Shown here: one piece after another, positions 54,971 through 64,000 of the stretch
How positions within the stretch are numbered: position 1 is the stretch's first letter
Layout: every line of letters starts with the position of its first letter
Source: a virus
Taxonomy: Duplodnaviria > Caudoviricetes
IMG/VR virus record: IMGVR_UViG_3300019374_000291
Coordinates: 31,736 to 95,735 of that record
DNA: 64,000 nucleotides
Strand: one strand, 5' to 3'
The notes under the pieces: model-generated
The model's database searches: none
What the model was told of the DNA's origin: nothing
What the model saw: only the letters and a program-made list of their open reading frames with translations
Translations under genes and position numbers: made by a program

Positions 54971-57406
54971 TTACGCCACATCTTCAAAGCACTCCGGATT
55001 GTCAGCGGGATTCACGTTCAGCTGATAGCTGTATGTGTTGTCCTCGTTCGGTGTGCAGTCGAGCAGTTTCAGCATAGTGAACTGATGCAGGATACCGCTC
55101 ACATGCGATGAACTGTAGTCCAGATTTGCGACAACCATTTCTGCGGAGAAGATGCTGTCTCCAAAGAGGTCGTATAAGGCAGACAGCGTATACTTCTGCG
55201 CAGTTCCGAGATTTGCAAAAGCGGCACCTAATTTCTGAGATATCCTGTACTCATAGCTGCTGACTTTAGTAACAATTCCAAGCTGTGCGGCAAACCGCAT
55301 ATCCGTTTTCATCTTGGTCGGTTCACCTTCAAGCTCGTAATCCTGCCTTGTTACCGTACCTTTTTTGAGACATCTTCGAATGATTCTGCCGATACGGCGA
55401 TCCTTCTGAGAATTCTCCGACTGCTCAAGCATTGATATCATATCCATGACTTCATCAGAATAGCTGAGGTCATCCACTACCGGTTCTGGCTCAACATTGA
55501 AACGGTAAACATGATATCCGCGCTTTCCGTCTGCGCCGGTCCTTGTATTGGCGATTAGTCCTTTTTCACGGAAGATGCGAATTGCTTTGTGTACCTTTTC
55601 GTTCTCGTAACCGGTTTCTTCAGAGATTTCCTCGGTCTTGAAGGTCATTTTGCCTTCTTGCAGATATCTGATGAATATCTGAGCGACAGAACTTTTTCTC
55701 TCATTGTTGCCGTCAACGATCTCTCTCAGCTTATGAATCAGGTATTCCATGCTGACCGTACTCTGCGTTTCATCATCAGACATACCGCGGTTTTCTATAT
55801 CTGCTGCTTTTTCACCGTCATTAATGTCAAAGCAGAATTCGTATAACTGCGAATGCTGACGGTTACCGACAGTACGAATCATATCATGCTCAACGTAATA
55901 GCGTAATGTATTTCGAGCACTGATATTTGGGATGCACAGGCTTTCTGCGATCTCGTATGAAGTGAAGCGTATTTTTCCAATCTGAATAAAGTAAAGCAGC
56001 TCTTGAGCAACAATCCCCGCTGAGCTTGTGCTGATCTTTTGCCTTTCTTCCAGCGCAGTGATCAGATGCTCTCTGAAACCGGAACTATAGTCTATCGGCG
56101 CATCCTGTTCAGTCGTCTCCGGTGTATCATCTTCCGGTGGGGCAGACTGTTTGAAAGCGTAGATATTCCCTACCCTGGATTTTCTAACAGCAATGATGCG
56201 CTCCGAAGCCTCATAGGGCAGAAGCAGTTTGCTGATATATTTTCTGTTGATGCCGGTGATGCCTTCCAGATCATGCAGCGTAAACTGCTCGTAACCTCGC
56301 TCCCGCAGAGTGTCCAGTGCGGCATCGACCTTCTCCTTGTTCTCATTATGCTTTGTGTGATTAGCAGGATTGCCGATGGTTTTGGCTGCTTTTGTCTCAG
56401 CTGTGCTCTTGGGGGCTGCCTGCAACGGCGCCGCCGCCAGCTTCTGTTCCGCTTCGACCACAGCCTGTTCCGCCTGTTCTTGTCTTGCCCGCATATCATT
56501 GACCGCTACTGAAAGGGCGACCAGATAATATTCGAGAAAATAGGTCAGGTCTGCGCCGTTCTCTGTCCGCAGGATATTGGCGATTGCCCGGAAGTATTCA
56601 TAGCTTGTACGAGCCAAAACGGAAGAAATGCTGATGTTCCCGAAAAAGGTATATCCAGCTCGTATCAGAATTACGTTTGACAGTAGCCTTGCAAGGCGCT
56701 CGTTGCCCTCCGGAAACGGACGGTACGCAAGTACCCACGCCTGCGCTGCAGCCGCCTTTATCAGCGGGTGAGTGGCTGTGTCCGCAAGGAACTCTGCGAA
56801 CTGTTCTGTCTGCTCCGGTATCATGGCTGACGGCGGCAACTGTACGATTTCTCCCTGCAATGACGGGATCTCCACGGTATCTGTGAGCCTGTAATTACCG
56901 CCGCCGTTGTCAAGGCCTTCGGTCAGAAAGTATGCGAGATTATGCAGATAATTACTGTCGATCGCATGATACATATTCTCTGCTGCAAAACCTGCCGCCT
57001 GTCTGCTGTTCATCAGGATCAGCTCCTCCACACTTTCCGGCTCCCCACCACTTTGCAGGAAATCCATCGCATCCTGTACGGAGATCTGAGCGCCCTCCAT
57101 GAATCCGGTATAGAATATCTCTTCAATCGTCGCTACCGAACTCTTATGCAACTCCGCTGTGTTTTCCTGCTCCATCAGCTCATCCACGATCACCTCGCTT
57201 GCAGTGATCATCTTGCTTGTCAGGATATACCAATAAGGATCACCGTTCACATTTGTAAGCGGCAGTTCGATGCCCCTTTCGCGTCTGCTCTGCAGGATCT
57301 CAGCCCATATTGCATCTGCGTCCTCACCAAGCGGAATATTGGGAATGATCTCACTTTTGGAGCTGTATTTCCGATCAAGATATCTGAAAAGGCGCTCTTT
57401 ATCCAT
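54971..57406 (-). CDS. Fic-domain protein (degenerate motif) with several C-terminal winged-helix-like repeats
   Basis: YRPFPEGNERLAR versus canonical HPFxxGNGRxxR; repeated FTxxE/DI...G...Y.F units. Confidence 0.75.
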   Translation of the reverse strand: MDKERLFRYLDRKYSSKSEIIPNIPLGEDADAIWAEILQSRRERGIELPLTNVNGDPYWYILTSKMITASEVIVDELMEQENTAELHKSSVATIEEIFYTGFMEGAQISVQDAMDFLQSGGEPESVEELILMNSRQAAGFAAENMYHAIDSNYLHNLAYFLTEGLDNGGGNYRLTDTVEIPSLQGEIVQLPPSAMIPEQTEQFAEFLADTATHPLIKAAAAQAWVLAYRPFPEGNERLARLLSNVILIRAGYTFFGNISISSVLARTSYEYFRAIANILRTENGADLTYFLEYYLVALSVAVNDMRARQEQAEQAVVEAEQKLAAAPLQAAPKSTAETKAAKTIGNPANHTKHNENKEKVDAALDTLRERGYEQFTLHDLEGITGINRKYISKLLLPYEASERIIAVRKSRVGNIYAFKQSAPPEDDTPETTEQDAPIDYSSGFREHLITALEERQKISTSSAGIVAQELLYFIQIGKIRFTSYEIAESLCIPNISARNTLRYYVEHDMIRTVGNRQHSQLYEFCFDINDGEKAADIENRGMSDDETQSTVSMEYLIHKLREIVDGNNERKSSVAQIFIRYLQEGKMTFKTEEISEETGYENEKVHKAIRIFREKGLIANTRTGADGKRGYHVYRFNVEPEPVVDDLSYSDEVMDMISMLEQSENSQKDRRIGRIIRRCLKKGTVTRQDYELEGEPTKMKTDMRFAAQLGIVTKVSSYEYRISQKLGAAFANLGTAQKYTLSALYDLFGDSIFSAEMVVANLDYSSSHVSGILHQFTMLKLLDCTPNEDNTYSYQLNVNPADNPECFEDVA

Positions 57407-57418
57407 GACAGTCCTCCG

Positions 57419-57772
57419 TTATGCGAGTTTCACCCGATTCAGATCAAAGCAGACTGCTTTGTGGCTCGGGAGGTATGTACCGGGACAGATCCTGCTTTCC
57501 ATACCTGTCCAGCGCATGTTTGTGCGGATGTTCTGCAGCAGCTTTCTGCCGCTGATCTCTGTTGAAATGATCGGCGTATCCGGCAGAAAGATCGGTTCAT
57601 CATCCTCCGCGCTGCACGCACGGAGGACAAGTTTTCGCTGCTGTGTGTTGATGAGAAGCTGTACCTGCTTCGGTCTGCCGAGGGCATCCAGCGTTGCCTC
57701 ATCAAGAACGAAAAGATCGTTCTTCATATCCATTGTTAATATCATCTGACTTGTTCCAGCCTTTCTATTCAA
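57419..57772 (-). CDS. Recombinase-associated hypothetical protein
   Basis: ALGRPKQVQLLIN...KLVLRAC; resembles the upstream gene; start uncertain. Confidence 0.7.
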   Translation of the reverse strand: MNRKAGTSQMILTMDMKNDLFVLDEATLDALGRPKQVQLLINTQQRKLVLRACSAEDDEPIFLPDTPIISTEISGRKLLQNIRTNMRWTGMESRICPGTYLPSHKAVCFDLNRVKLA

Positions 57773-58490
57773 TTTCGTCCTGCTCCGCGGAGGCTTCCTC
57801 TTCCGTTACATCTGAAGGCATCAGGAATCCGTCAAGAAAATCCACCTTCGTAGACATATCGTGTTCCTCAACGGACATTCCGTAGCTGCCGCTCCAGTGT
57901 TCCGGCAATACAGGTGCAGTCACGATGCGTTTGCCGTTTTCATCCTTTTTCATTGGTGCAAAACGCTCATCCGCACTCAGGTCAAACAAGTACATCTCGT
58001 CCTGATAATACTTGATGCGCATACCTTGAAAACGGTAGCGGAACTCCGCATCCCAGTCCATCATGGAAAAGAGACGTTCCGCAAAGGGCTTACAGGTGAT
58101 CTGCCTGCTTTTTCTGTCAGCGCCTTTGACTACACACCAACGAATCGCATCTCGTGCTCCGATCTCACAGGGGCGCACGATCAGCTTCTTTTCCGTTGGA
58201 TTGATCAGAAACTGCACATATGTCGCATTTTCAAGCGCTTTTATACAGGCATTATTGAACGTGATGCTACCCACTCTGACAGTCATCGCAGGATCAAAGC
58301 GATGCGAGACGAATTCACGGCGCACCACCTGATATCCTGCATAGCTGAAATTACTCTCCTCTGCCAGCCTTCGTGCCTCCAACTGCTCCTCACGGCTTAG
58401 CGGTGAAGACTGCGAACGCTGGATTGACATCTGTGTCGGCAGAGGCTTCGGGCGGTTAAAGCCATTCGCCCAGGGCTGTATAGTTTCCAT
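57765..58490 (-). CDS. Recombinase-associated hypothetical protein
   Basis: YQVVRREF...YVQFLINP..KKLIVRPC; AGGAGG RBS. Confidence 0.75.
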   Translation of the reverse strand: METIQPWANGFNRPKPLPTQMSIQRSQSSPLSREEQLEARRLAEESNFSYAGYQVVRREFVSHRFDPAMTVRVGSITFNNACIKALENATYVQFLINPTEKKLIVRPCEIGARDAIRWCVVKGADRKSRQITCKPFAERLFSMMDWDAEFRYRFQGMRIKYYQDEMYLFDLSADERFAPMKKDENGKRIVTAPVLPEHWSGSYGMSVEEHDMSTKVDFLDGFLMPSDVTEEEASAEQDEIE

Positions 58491-58506
58491 TATGCGTCCT
58501 CCTTCT

Positions 58507-59232
58507 TTACATATATTTCCTGTGCTTCTTTTCCGGCCAGATCTTCTCAACGAGCAGCCTGTCCAGATCCGCACAGATATCCTTTGCACAGTCCGCCAGA
58601 TCTAAATCATTCATCGGACTGTTGACAACTTCTTTATATGCGCTCCGCATCACCTCCTCAGTAAACGCGCTGTAGACCATTCTACTGGATTCATCGTGCA
58701 TGATGCACTCGTATCGATATATGTACCCGAGCCAGTATGCATAGGAAAGTTCGTCGATGTTGCTGTTCTCCGTTTCCGGCAGTGCTAACAGAGCCTTTGG
58801 TGTGTGCTTTCTGTCTGCTTCATAAGCGTGAGCAAGCAGCATACTCTTATTCTCGGTCTCGTCCGCGTTTTCAAGGATTTCCTCGATCCAGTATAGTGAC
58901 TCTATGAGTGACCGCGGATTCTGCATCAGTGCAGGGATCTGAAGTAGCTCCTCCAGTGCGCTGCCGACACCGTTCGATGATGAGAAGTTATAGTCGATCA
59001 CGCCGGCGAGCTGGCTCGTCATATACAGCGGCACAAAGGAGCTCATCGGGAACCCCATCGCCGCTGCTTCCATAAACAGACAGCCCTGCTTGTGACAGTA
59101 GATGCTGTCGTTTTCCGTCCAGATACGCTCTGCGTTCACAACGTTGTGGTTCCTTGGCGCAGCGCGTTCGAGCCACATCATACGCTTCACATTTTCAGAA
59201 AGCGGTCTGCTTTTCGCAGGATCTCGTGACAT
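58507..59232 (-). CDS. Hypothetical protein
   Basis: TAATG overlap with the recombinase stop; QGCLF...YMTS...YWLGYIYRY. Confidence 0.7.
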   Translation of the reverse strand: MSRDPAKSRPLSENVKRMMWLERAAPRNHNVVNAERIWTENDSIYCHKQGCLFMEAAAMGFPMSSFVPLYMTSQLAGVIDYNFSSSNGVGSALEELLQIPALMQNPRSLIESLYWIEEILENADETENKSMLLAHAYEADRKHTPKALLALPETENSNIDELSYAYWLGYIYRYECIMHDESSRMVYSAFTEEVMRSAYKEVVNSPMNDLDLADCAKDICADLDRLLVEKIWPEKKHRKYM

Positions 59233-61436
59233 TACTCTCCCTCCTCTCCGGCATCGGTCACAGATGCTTCGATAATATCTCCACCCATACACTCCGGCTC
59301 AGGGGGAAGCTCCGGCGGATCCTCCTGTATCTTACGGAGCATCTCATCCACGATGTCAGCATCATACCGGTGATTGGTGTCCAGCGGTCTTGCCGGTGCC
59401 ATCCACTCTTCCCATGTGCCGTTGCCGTCTATGCTGCGGAAGGTGGATGTATGCTTGAAGGCAGGAATGCCGAAGATCTTCTGGTTGAGTTCGAGCGCCT
59501 TCTGCACCTGCTCCGCGATTTCCACCAGTTCCTCGGGTTCTTCATCATCATCCGGCGGGAAATAATAGCTTTTCGCTTCCTCAGCCAGCTTTTCCTCACG
59601 CTCCTGCTCCTGCCGTGCCTGAATGATCTCTTCACGCTTATTGACTGCTCTGCCGATATAGTTGTCAAGATCGAATAGCAGAATCTGCTGCACACTATCA
59701 TTCGGTGCTGTGAGCATAATCGGCTGACAGGGTATCCGGTAGGTGTACTCTGTATCCCAGCCCATACTCTCATACAGTATCCTGCACAGATAGCTTGCGC
59801 CCCTGTTCTTCCCACCCCATTTGATGGCATTGGGATTTTTTGAAGCTGTCGGACGTACCACAATCATGCGCTCCACAGGGTTGAACAGAATCTCTGCATA
59901 TTCTGCCCGCATTTTCGCAACACAGCTTGTATTGAACAGAATATCACGCTGACCGATACGAACCACAGGCTCATGGATATGGCTGAACATTTCACCGCTG
60001 ACCACCTGAAAGGTTTTGACGGTCTCCGCCTGCTCCTCTAGTTCCTGTCTGCTGCGGTCTATGCCGTCCAGCTCATCCTTCACACGCTGTTCCGCTTCCG
60101 TCAGTTCACGGGCGATACGGGAAATACCGTGGTCATCCATCAGTCCGGCAAGTCTGTGCCCGCCGTCCGGCAGGAACTCGTTGTCCAGGTCGTCATCCAG
60201 TTCCTCGTCCAGCAGTCCCATAGCGATCTGTGCGGCACGGTAATAGTCTTCCGCATCGAATCCGGCCCATGAGCGATTCATGGAGATAAACCCGGCCAGC
60301 ACACCGCTGTCGATAATATGCATCGGAAGATAGGAGCCTTCGTGACCGTAGCGTCTGCTGTTCAGTATCCGCTGTGCGGCATTCCACACACGCCTCGGAA
60401 CGATTGCTTCGTGGTGATTTGCCTGAAAATACTTATTTTTTTTGCCCCTGTTCTTCTTAGACTTATGGTCCTTGAAGTTCGGGGTATATGTTTTGCGGGA
60501 TAAAACATCACCGCAGTACCGTTCGTTCCGCAGCAGGGTAACAACACCGCTGCCTGTCCAGTTCGTATTCAGTGAACCGTCCTTGCGTCTGCCGCCGGTG
60601 GGTATTTGCAATTCAGTCAGAACACCTGCAATCTCTTCTGCGGTACTGCCGTTCACAAGCATTGCGTACATCCATTCCACAACCTTTGCCTGCTGCGGAT
60701 TGATCATCAGCGTTTTCTTTCTGCCGCCGAAGCCGTCTGGTACCTCAACCTTATCGTAGCCGAAAAGCGCAGGTGTGAGGAAGCGTCCGCGGCTGAACCG
60801 CCACTCCAGTGACAGCAGCATCGCTTCGCTTTTCATGTGGCTCTCTTCTTCAGCGACCATTGCAAGAACGATCAGAATAACGCCGCTGGTCTGCAAGCCT
60901 GTATCCAGCTTCTCCTGCTCAAAATACACATTCACAGGCGGATTCAGATTCTTCAGCTCCTCAACGTACTTGATACAGTCCATCAGGTTTCTGGCGAATC
61001 TGGACACCGCCTTTGTGATGACCATATCGATCTTTCCTGCGCGGCAGTCCTCGATCAGCTTTAAGAAGCCGGGGCGATGCGCTGTATTCGTACCCGAGAA
61101 ACCGTTATCTACGTAGGTTCCTGCAAATACCCAGTCGGGATTTGACTTTATCATCTTCTTGTATTCCGTCTGCTGCAGGTGAATTGAGATAGCCTGGTCG
61201 ATATCATCGGTGCTAACACGGCAGTATGCCGCCACACGAAGCTTACGCGGCGCTCCGTCGCTTTCGCTGACAGCCGCGATCTTCCGTATCTGACTGCCGT
61301 CCAACGAATCAATCTGCATCGTAAGCGCCGTTTTCGCACGCTTGCGGTCTGATTCAAAGCTGCTGCCCGCAGGTGTTTTGCTCGGGTGTGCGGCACGATC
61401 CTCGGCGGTTTTTTTGACGTCCTTCAAGTACAGCAC
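59232..61436 (-). CDS. Large serine recombinase with C-terminal extension
   Basis: AAYCRVST, DNGFSGT, TKAVSRFARN, NERYCGD, HEAIVP. Confidence 0.92.
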   Translation of the reverse strand: MLYLKDVKKTAEDRAAHPSKTPAGSSFESDRKRAKTALTMQIDSLDGSQIRKIAAVSESDGAPRKLRVAAYCRVSTDDIDQAISIHLQQTEYKKMIKSNPDWVFAGTYVDNGFSGTNTAHRPGFLKLIEDCRAGKIDMVITKAVSRFARNLMDCIKYVEELKNLNPPVNVYFEQEKLDTGLQTSGVILIVLAMVAEEESHMKSEAMLLSLEWRFSRGRFLTPALFGYDKVEVPDGFGGRKKTLMINPQQAKVVEWMYAMLVNGSTAEEIAGVLTELQIPTGGRRKDGSLNTNWTGSGVVTLLRNERYCGDVLSRKTYTPNFKDHKSKKNRGKKNKYFQANHHEAIVPRRVWNAAQRILNSRRYGHEGSYLPMHIIDSGVLAGFISMNRSWAGFDAEDYYRAAQIAMGLLDEELDDDLDNEFLPDGGHRLAGLMDDHGISRIARELTEAEQRVKDELDGIDRSRQELEEQAETVKTFQVVSGEMFSHIHEPVVRIGQRDILFNTSCVAKMRAEYAEILFNPVERMIVVRPTASKNPNAIKWGGKNRGASYLCRILYESMGWDTEYTYRIPCQPIMLTAPNDSVQQILLFDLDNYIGRAVNKREEIIQARQEQEREEKLAEEAKSYYFPPDDDEEPEELVEIAEQVQKALELNQKIFGIPAFKHTSTFRSIDGNGTWEEWMAPARPLDTNHRYDADIVDEMLRKIQEDPPELPPEPECMGGDIIEASVTDAGEEGE

Positions 61437-61852
61437 CCCCTGAGTATCGGCACGACCGAATGAATGACATTTGAATCGAGCATATCGCTCTCAAAAAATA
61501 CCGTGACTGGATTCGGCAGTGATAGCAGTTCCTCGATAGCCTGAATCGTATCCTCTGATGTCGGCGCAAAACGCTCTATACTCTTTGTGATGATACAGTC
61601 AAATCTGCCGTTCCTTGCGTCCTCCAGCATCTGTTCAAATGCAGTACGCTCTGTCTCTGCACGGTATGTGTGATCGATGTAGACATCACTCAGCTGCATA
61701 CCATAATTATCAGCTGTGTCCTTGTCCCGACGCTTAATCAGTTCATCGCTCGCCGTCTGATTTATCGGATCCGGGCTGAGATTGTGATAGAATGCAGCCC
61801 GACACCGCTGTGCTGTGTGAGAGGAAAAACCTCCCCGTAATAACTCAATCAA
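61424..61852 (-). CDS. Resolvase catalytic-domain-only paralog, degenerate
   Basis: YID...RTAFEQMLEDARNGRFDCIITKSIERF; FYHNLS in place of YxRVS. Confidence 0.7.
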   Translation of the reverse strand: MIELLRGGFSSHTAQRCRAAFYHNLSPDPINQTASDELIKRRDKDTADNYGMQLSDVYIDHTYRAETERTAFEQMLEDARNGRFDCIITKSIERFAPTSEDTIQAIEELLSLPNPVTVFFESDMLDSNVIHSVVPILRGCCT

Positions 61853-62414
61853 TATGTGACCTCCTTTTTCGTTTTCTTGGATGACCGTACTGCAGCAGAA
61901 ACTGATGCAGGGTATCCGAATCCGTATGCTCCTCCTGAAACATCACAAGCACCGGTTTCGGCAAAAGCCGCAGTTCCTCTGTAATACTGAGCGTATCATC
62001 AATCGTTTCTGCAAAGCGTTCCATGTTATATACGAAGATCATGTCGAGCTTACCGCTCCGTGCATCATCCAGCATTCGCCTGAATTCAGGGCGGTCAGGA
62101 AATTTGCGGCCGTACTTATAACCAATGTCAATATATGCACCCGCATATTCCCATCCTTCTATTTTGGCAGCGTACATCTTGCTGTAACGTTCGGCATCCG
62201 CCCGGATTTCATCATCAGTGCCGTTGTCTTTTGCCATGAAGCAGTATACACCGACCGTTTTGTGCAGATCCGCATGGTCTTTGATGTATTGCTTCAGTCG
62301 TGCCTCAGCCTGCAGGCGGTATGCGTGAAAACTGATTGCAGCGGTGATCACATTATCATGATCCAGTACGAACGGTATATCATGTTCTTCCGGACAAATA
62401 TTCAGAAGCATCAT
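61845..62414 (-). CDS. Resolvase catalytic-domain-only paralog lacking the catalytic Ser
   Basis: YIDIG...RPEFRRMLDDARSGKLDMIFVYNMERF; VYCFMA in place of YxRVS. Confidence 0.7.
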   Translation of the reverse strand: MMLLNICPEEHDIPFVLDHDNVITAAISFHAYRLQAEARLKQYIKDHADLHKTVGVYCFMAKDNGTDDEIRADAERYSKMYAAKIEGWEYAGAYIDIGYKYGRKFPDRPEFRRMLDDARSGKLDMIFVYNMERFAETIDDTLSITEELRLLPKPVLVMFQEEHTDSDTLHQFLLQYGHPRKRKRRSHID

Positions 62415-62618
62415 GTCTCCCTCCTTCCTGCATCGGCTTTTCAGCGTTATACATACGCATCCCTCCATAACTATGTATTTACAGGCTTTTCGACCCGATA
62501 CCATATTATCATATTTCAGTTCATTTTTGGACTTCCAGCTGATGGTATTCGGAACAAAATGTGAACGCCGATTTTGCCTCTGTCTTTGTTAGGACTGCAC
62601 AAACTGTACATTTCTGCG

Positions 62619-62879
62619 TCATTTCATGCTATCCCGGATGCGTTTGATAAAGTCACGGCCGTTCTCAAAGACCAGTTCATACGGGTCAAGCTCCAGTGCC
62701 GCACAGATGCGCAGTCCGAGGATCGTTGAACAGTTGGCGACCTTTCTGCGGCCGTTTTCAAAGTTCTGATATTGCTGCAGGGAAATGCCCGCCTCTTCAG
62801 CAACATCCTCCTGACGGAATCCTAGCTCTGTTCTGCGTTTCTTCATGATTTTCATCTGCCTCTTTGTGCTGTCGTCCAT
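62619..62879 (-). CDS. XRE-family HTH regulator
   Basis: RQEDVAEEAGISLQQYQNFENG. Confidence 0.85.
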   Translation of the reverse strand: MDDSTKRQMKIMKKRRTELGFRQEDVAEEAGISLQQYQNFENGRRKVANCSTILGLRICAALELDPYELVFENGRDFIKRIRDSMK

Positions 62880-63160
62880 TGCAATTTACCTCCGATTGAA
62901 TGTGTTTGTACCAGACATTATACCAACAGCTGAATGCAAAGTCTATTCACAGGAACCGACAAAGATCATGTGTTTATTTCTGTACAGATGTATCAGAGAG
63001 CATAAAAAGGCTCCCTGCATGAAGGCAGAGAGCGAAGAAACTGACGATTATCATAATATCTGTGTAGAATACCAACTGAAACTTTGTGCGGATCAGCTAC
63101 TTGCATTTTTCATAGAAAGACGGTAAGATACCATCAACTGAATGTAAAGGAGGCGTCTCT

Positions 63161-63499
63161 ATGAGACAAAAAAATGTAGCGAATGCACATAAGATAGTCA
63201 AGGCAATGCGGCTCTATCTGGGGATGACACAGGCAGAGGCGGCTAAAGCAGTCGGGCTTCCGCTTTGTGTCTATGCAAACTATGAAAATATCCCCGATAG
63301 GATCCTGAACGGACAGTTTTGTACTGTTTATAGGGCCCTTGAGATGCTGAATCTTGACCCGTGCGACTTTCTCAAAGGAAACTATAAGCTGAATGACCTC
63401 GGACGCCAGATCACGTCAAGGGGGACTGGACGTCTCAGTAATATTATGAGGAAATCACTCCAGAACCGATGCCCGGTCACGAAGGTCAATAATGGATAG
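63161..63499 (+). CDS. XRE-family HTH regulator
   Basis: MTQAEAAKAVGL...YANYE; AGGAGG RBS. Confidence 0.8.
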   Translation: MRQKNVANAHKIVKAMRLYLGMTQAEAAKAVGLPLCVYANYENIPDRILNGQFCTVYRALEMLNLDPCDFLKGNYKLNDLGRQITSRGTGRLSNIMRKSLQNRCPVTKVNNG

Positions 63500-63616
63500 A
63501 CGTTCGGCTGAGAGCGGGTATCTGCTTTATAGACGGCATAATACTGCGCTTCTCTTGCTTTTTCAGGGATATTGTGGTATACTAAAACTATAGATAGTAC
63601 GCAAAGGAGGCTGAGT

Positions 63617-64000
63617 ATGGCACAGGAACATGACTGGCAATACGACCTAGATGAATATATTCGTCAGGGCGAACCTGACCGCTCTGAAAAAAGTGCTGCG
63701 TGGCAGACTGCAATCGGCTTGCAGGATGTTGACGGCCTCCAGACTTCGGACTACTTGCTGGAAACTGCAAAGGAGCATATCGAGGGTAAGATTGATATCG
63801 CTACAGCACAGAAAAGAATCTACAGCTATTACGAACAGCGTGATGTTCCCAAAGTGCCACTCAAAGTGCCAAATCAGGCGTTTCAAAGCGCCAAAATTGC
63901 ACTTTGGAAGAACTGGCAATTCTGCAAGCAATTGCTCATAATCCAGCGATCACGCAAAAGGAACTCGCAGCCACAACAGGCACTTCTGAACGAACAATAA
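63617..64000 (+). pseudogene. Fic-family gene with the Fic domain deleted (VbhA-like N-terminus joined out of frame to the wHTH tail)
   Basis: WQTAIGLQDVDGL...HIEGKI in one frame; from about 63850 another frame reads NCTLEELAILQAIAHNPAITQKELAATTGTSERTI. Confidence 0.65.

Noticed and set aside
54850-64000. att sites for the serine recombinase
   Set aside because: No matching repeat pair could be identified within the window; the other end of the element lies outside it.

Overview
The window looks like the non-structural half of a large Firmicutes (Clostridia-type) prophage or composite mobile element with a defence cargo. Positions 1-35.4 kb run almost entirely on the minus strand and are GC-rich. 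They hold a CI-like/ImmA-like control region, a sigma-70 region-4 protein, a replication block (DUF2800, DUF2815, family A polymerase, DUF932, VRR-NUC, SNF2, P4/D5-type primase), metK, an HNH gene with a cos-like region, nrdDG and three DNA methyltransferases. Positions 1-8.7 kb are an array of small genes driven by 11 copies of one sigma-A promoter/operator element. Positions 35.4-39.5 kb hold tdk and a UmuC-YolD mutagenesis cassette. Positions 40-54.8 kb are an AT-rich defence island: an HpyAV/Hin4II-like type IIS R-M pair, then a co-oriented run of a WYL regulator with a perfect palindromic operator, a catalytically intact CbAgo-like long Argonaute, a CoiA-like zinc-ribbon/nuclease-fold protein, SbcD and SbcC. 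Positions 55-64 kb hold a degenerate Fic-wHTH gene, a large serine recombinase module with two catalytic-domain-only paralogs, two XRE regulators and a Fic gene whose Fic domain is deleted. The best candidate for an undescribed system is WYL-pAgo-CoiA-like-SbcDC. Also notable are the promoter-cassette array and a protein nested in another frame of the C5 methyltransferase. All family assignments come from motif recognition by eye; no searches were run. No rRNA, tRNA or CRISPR array was seen.
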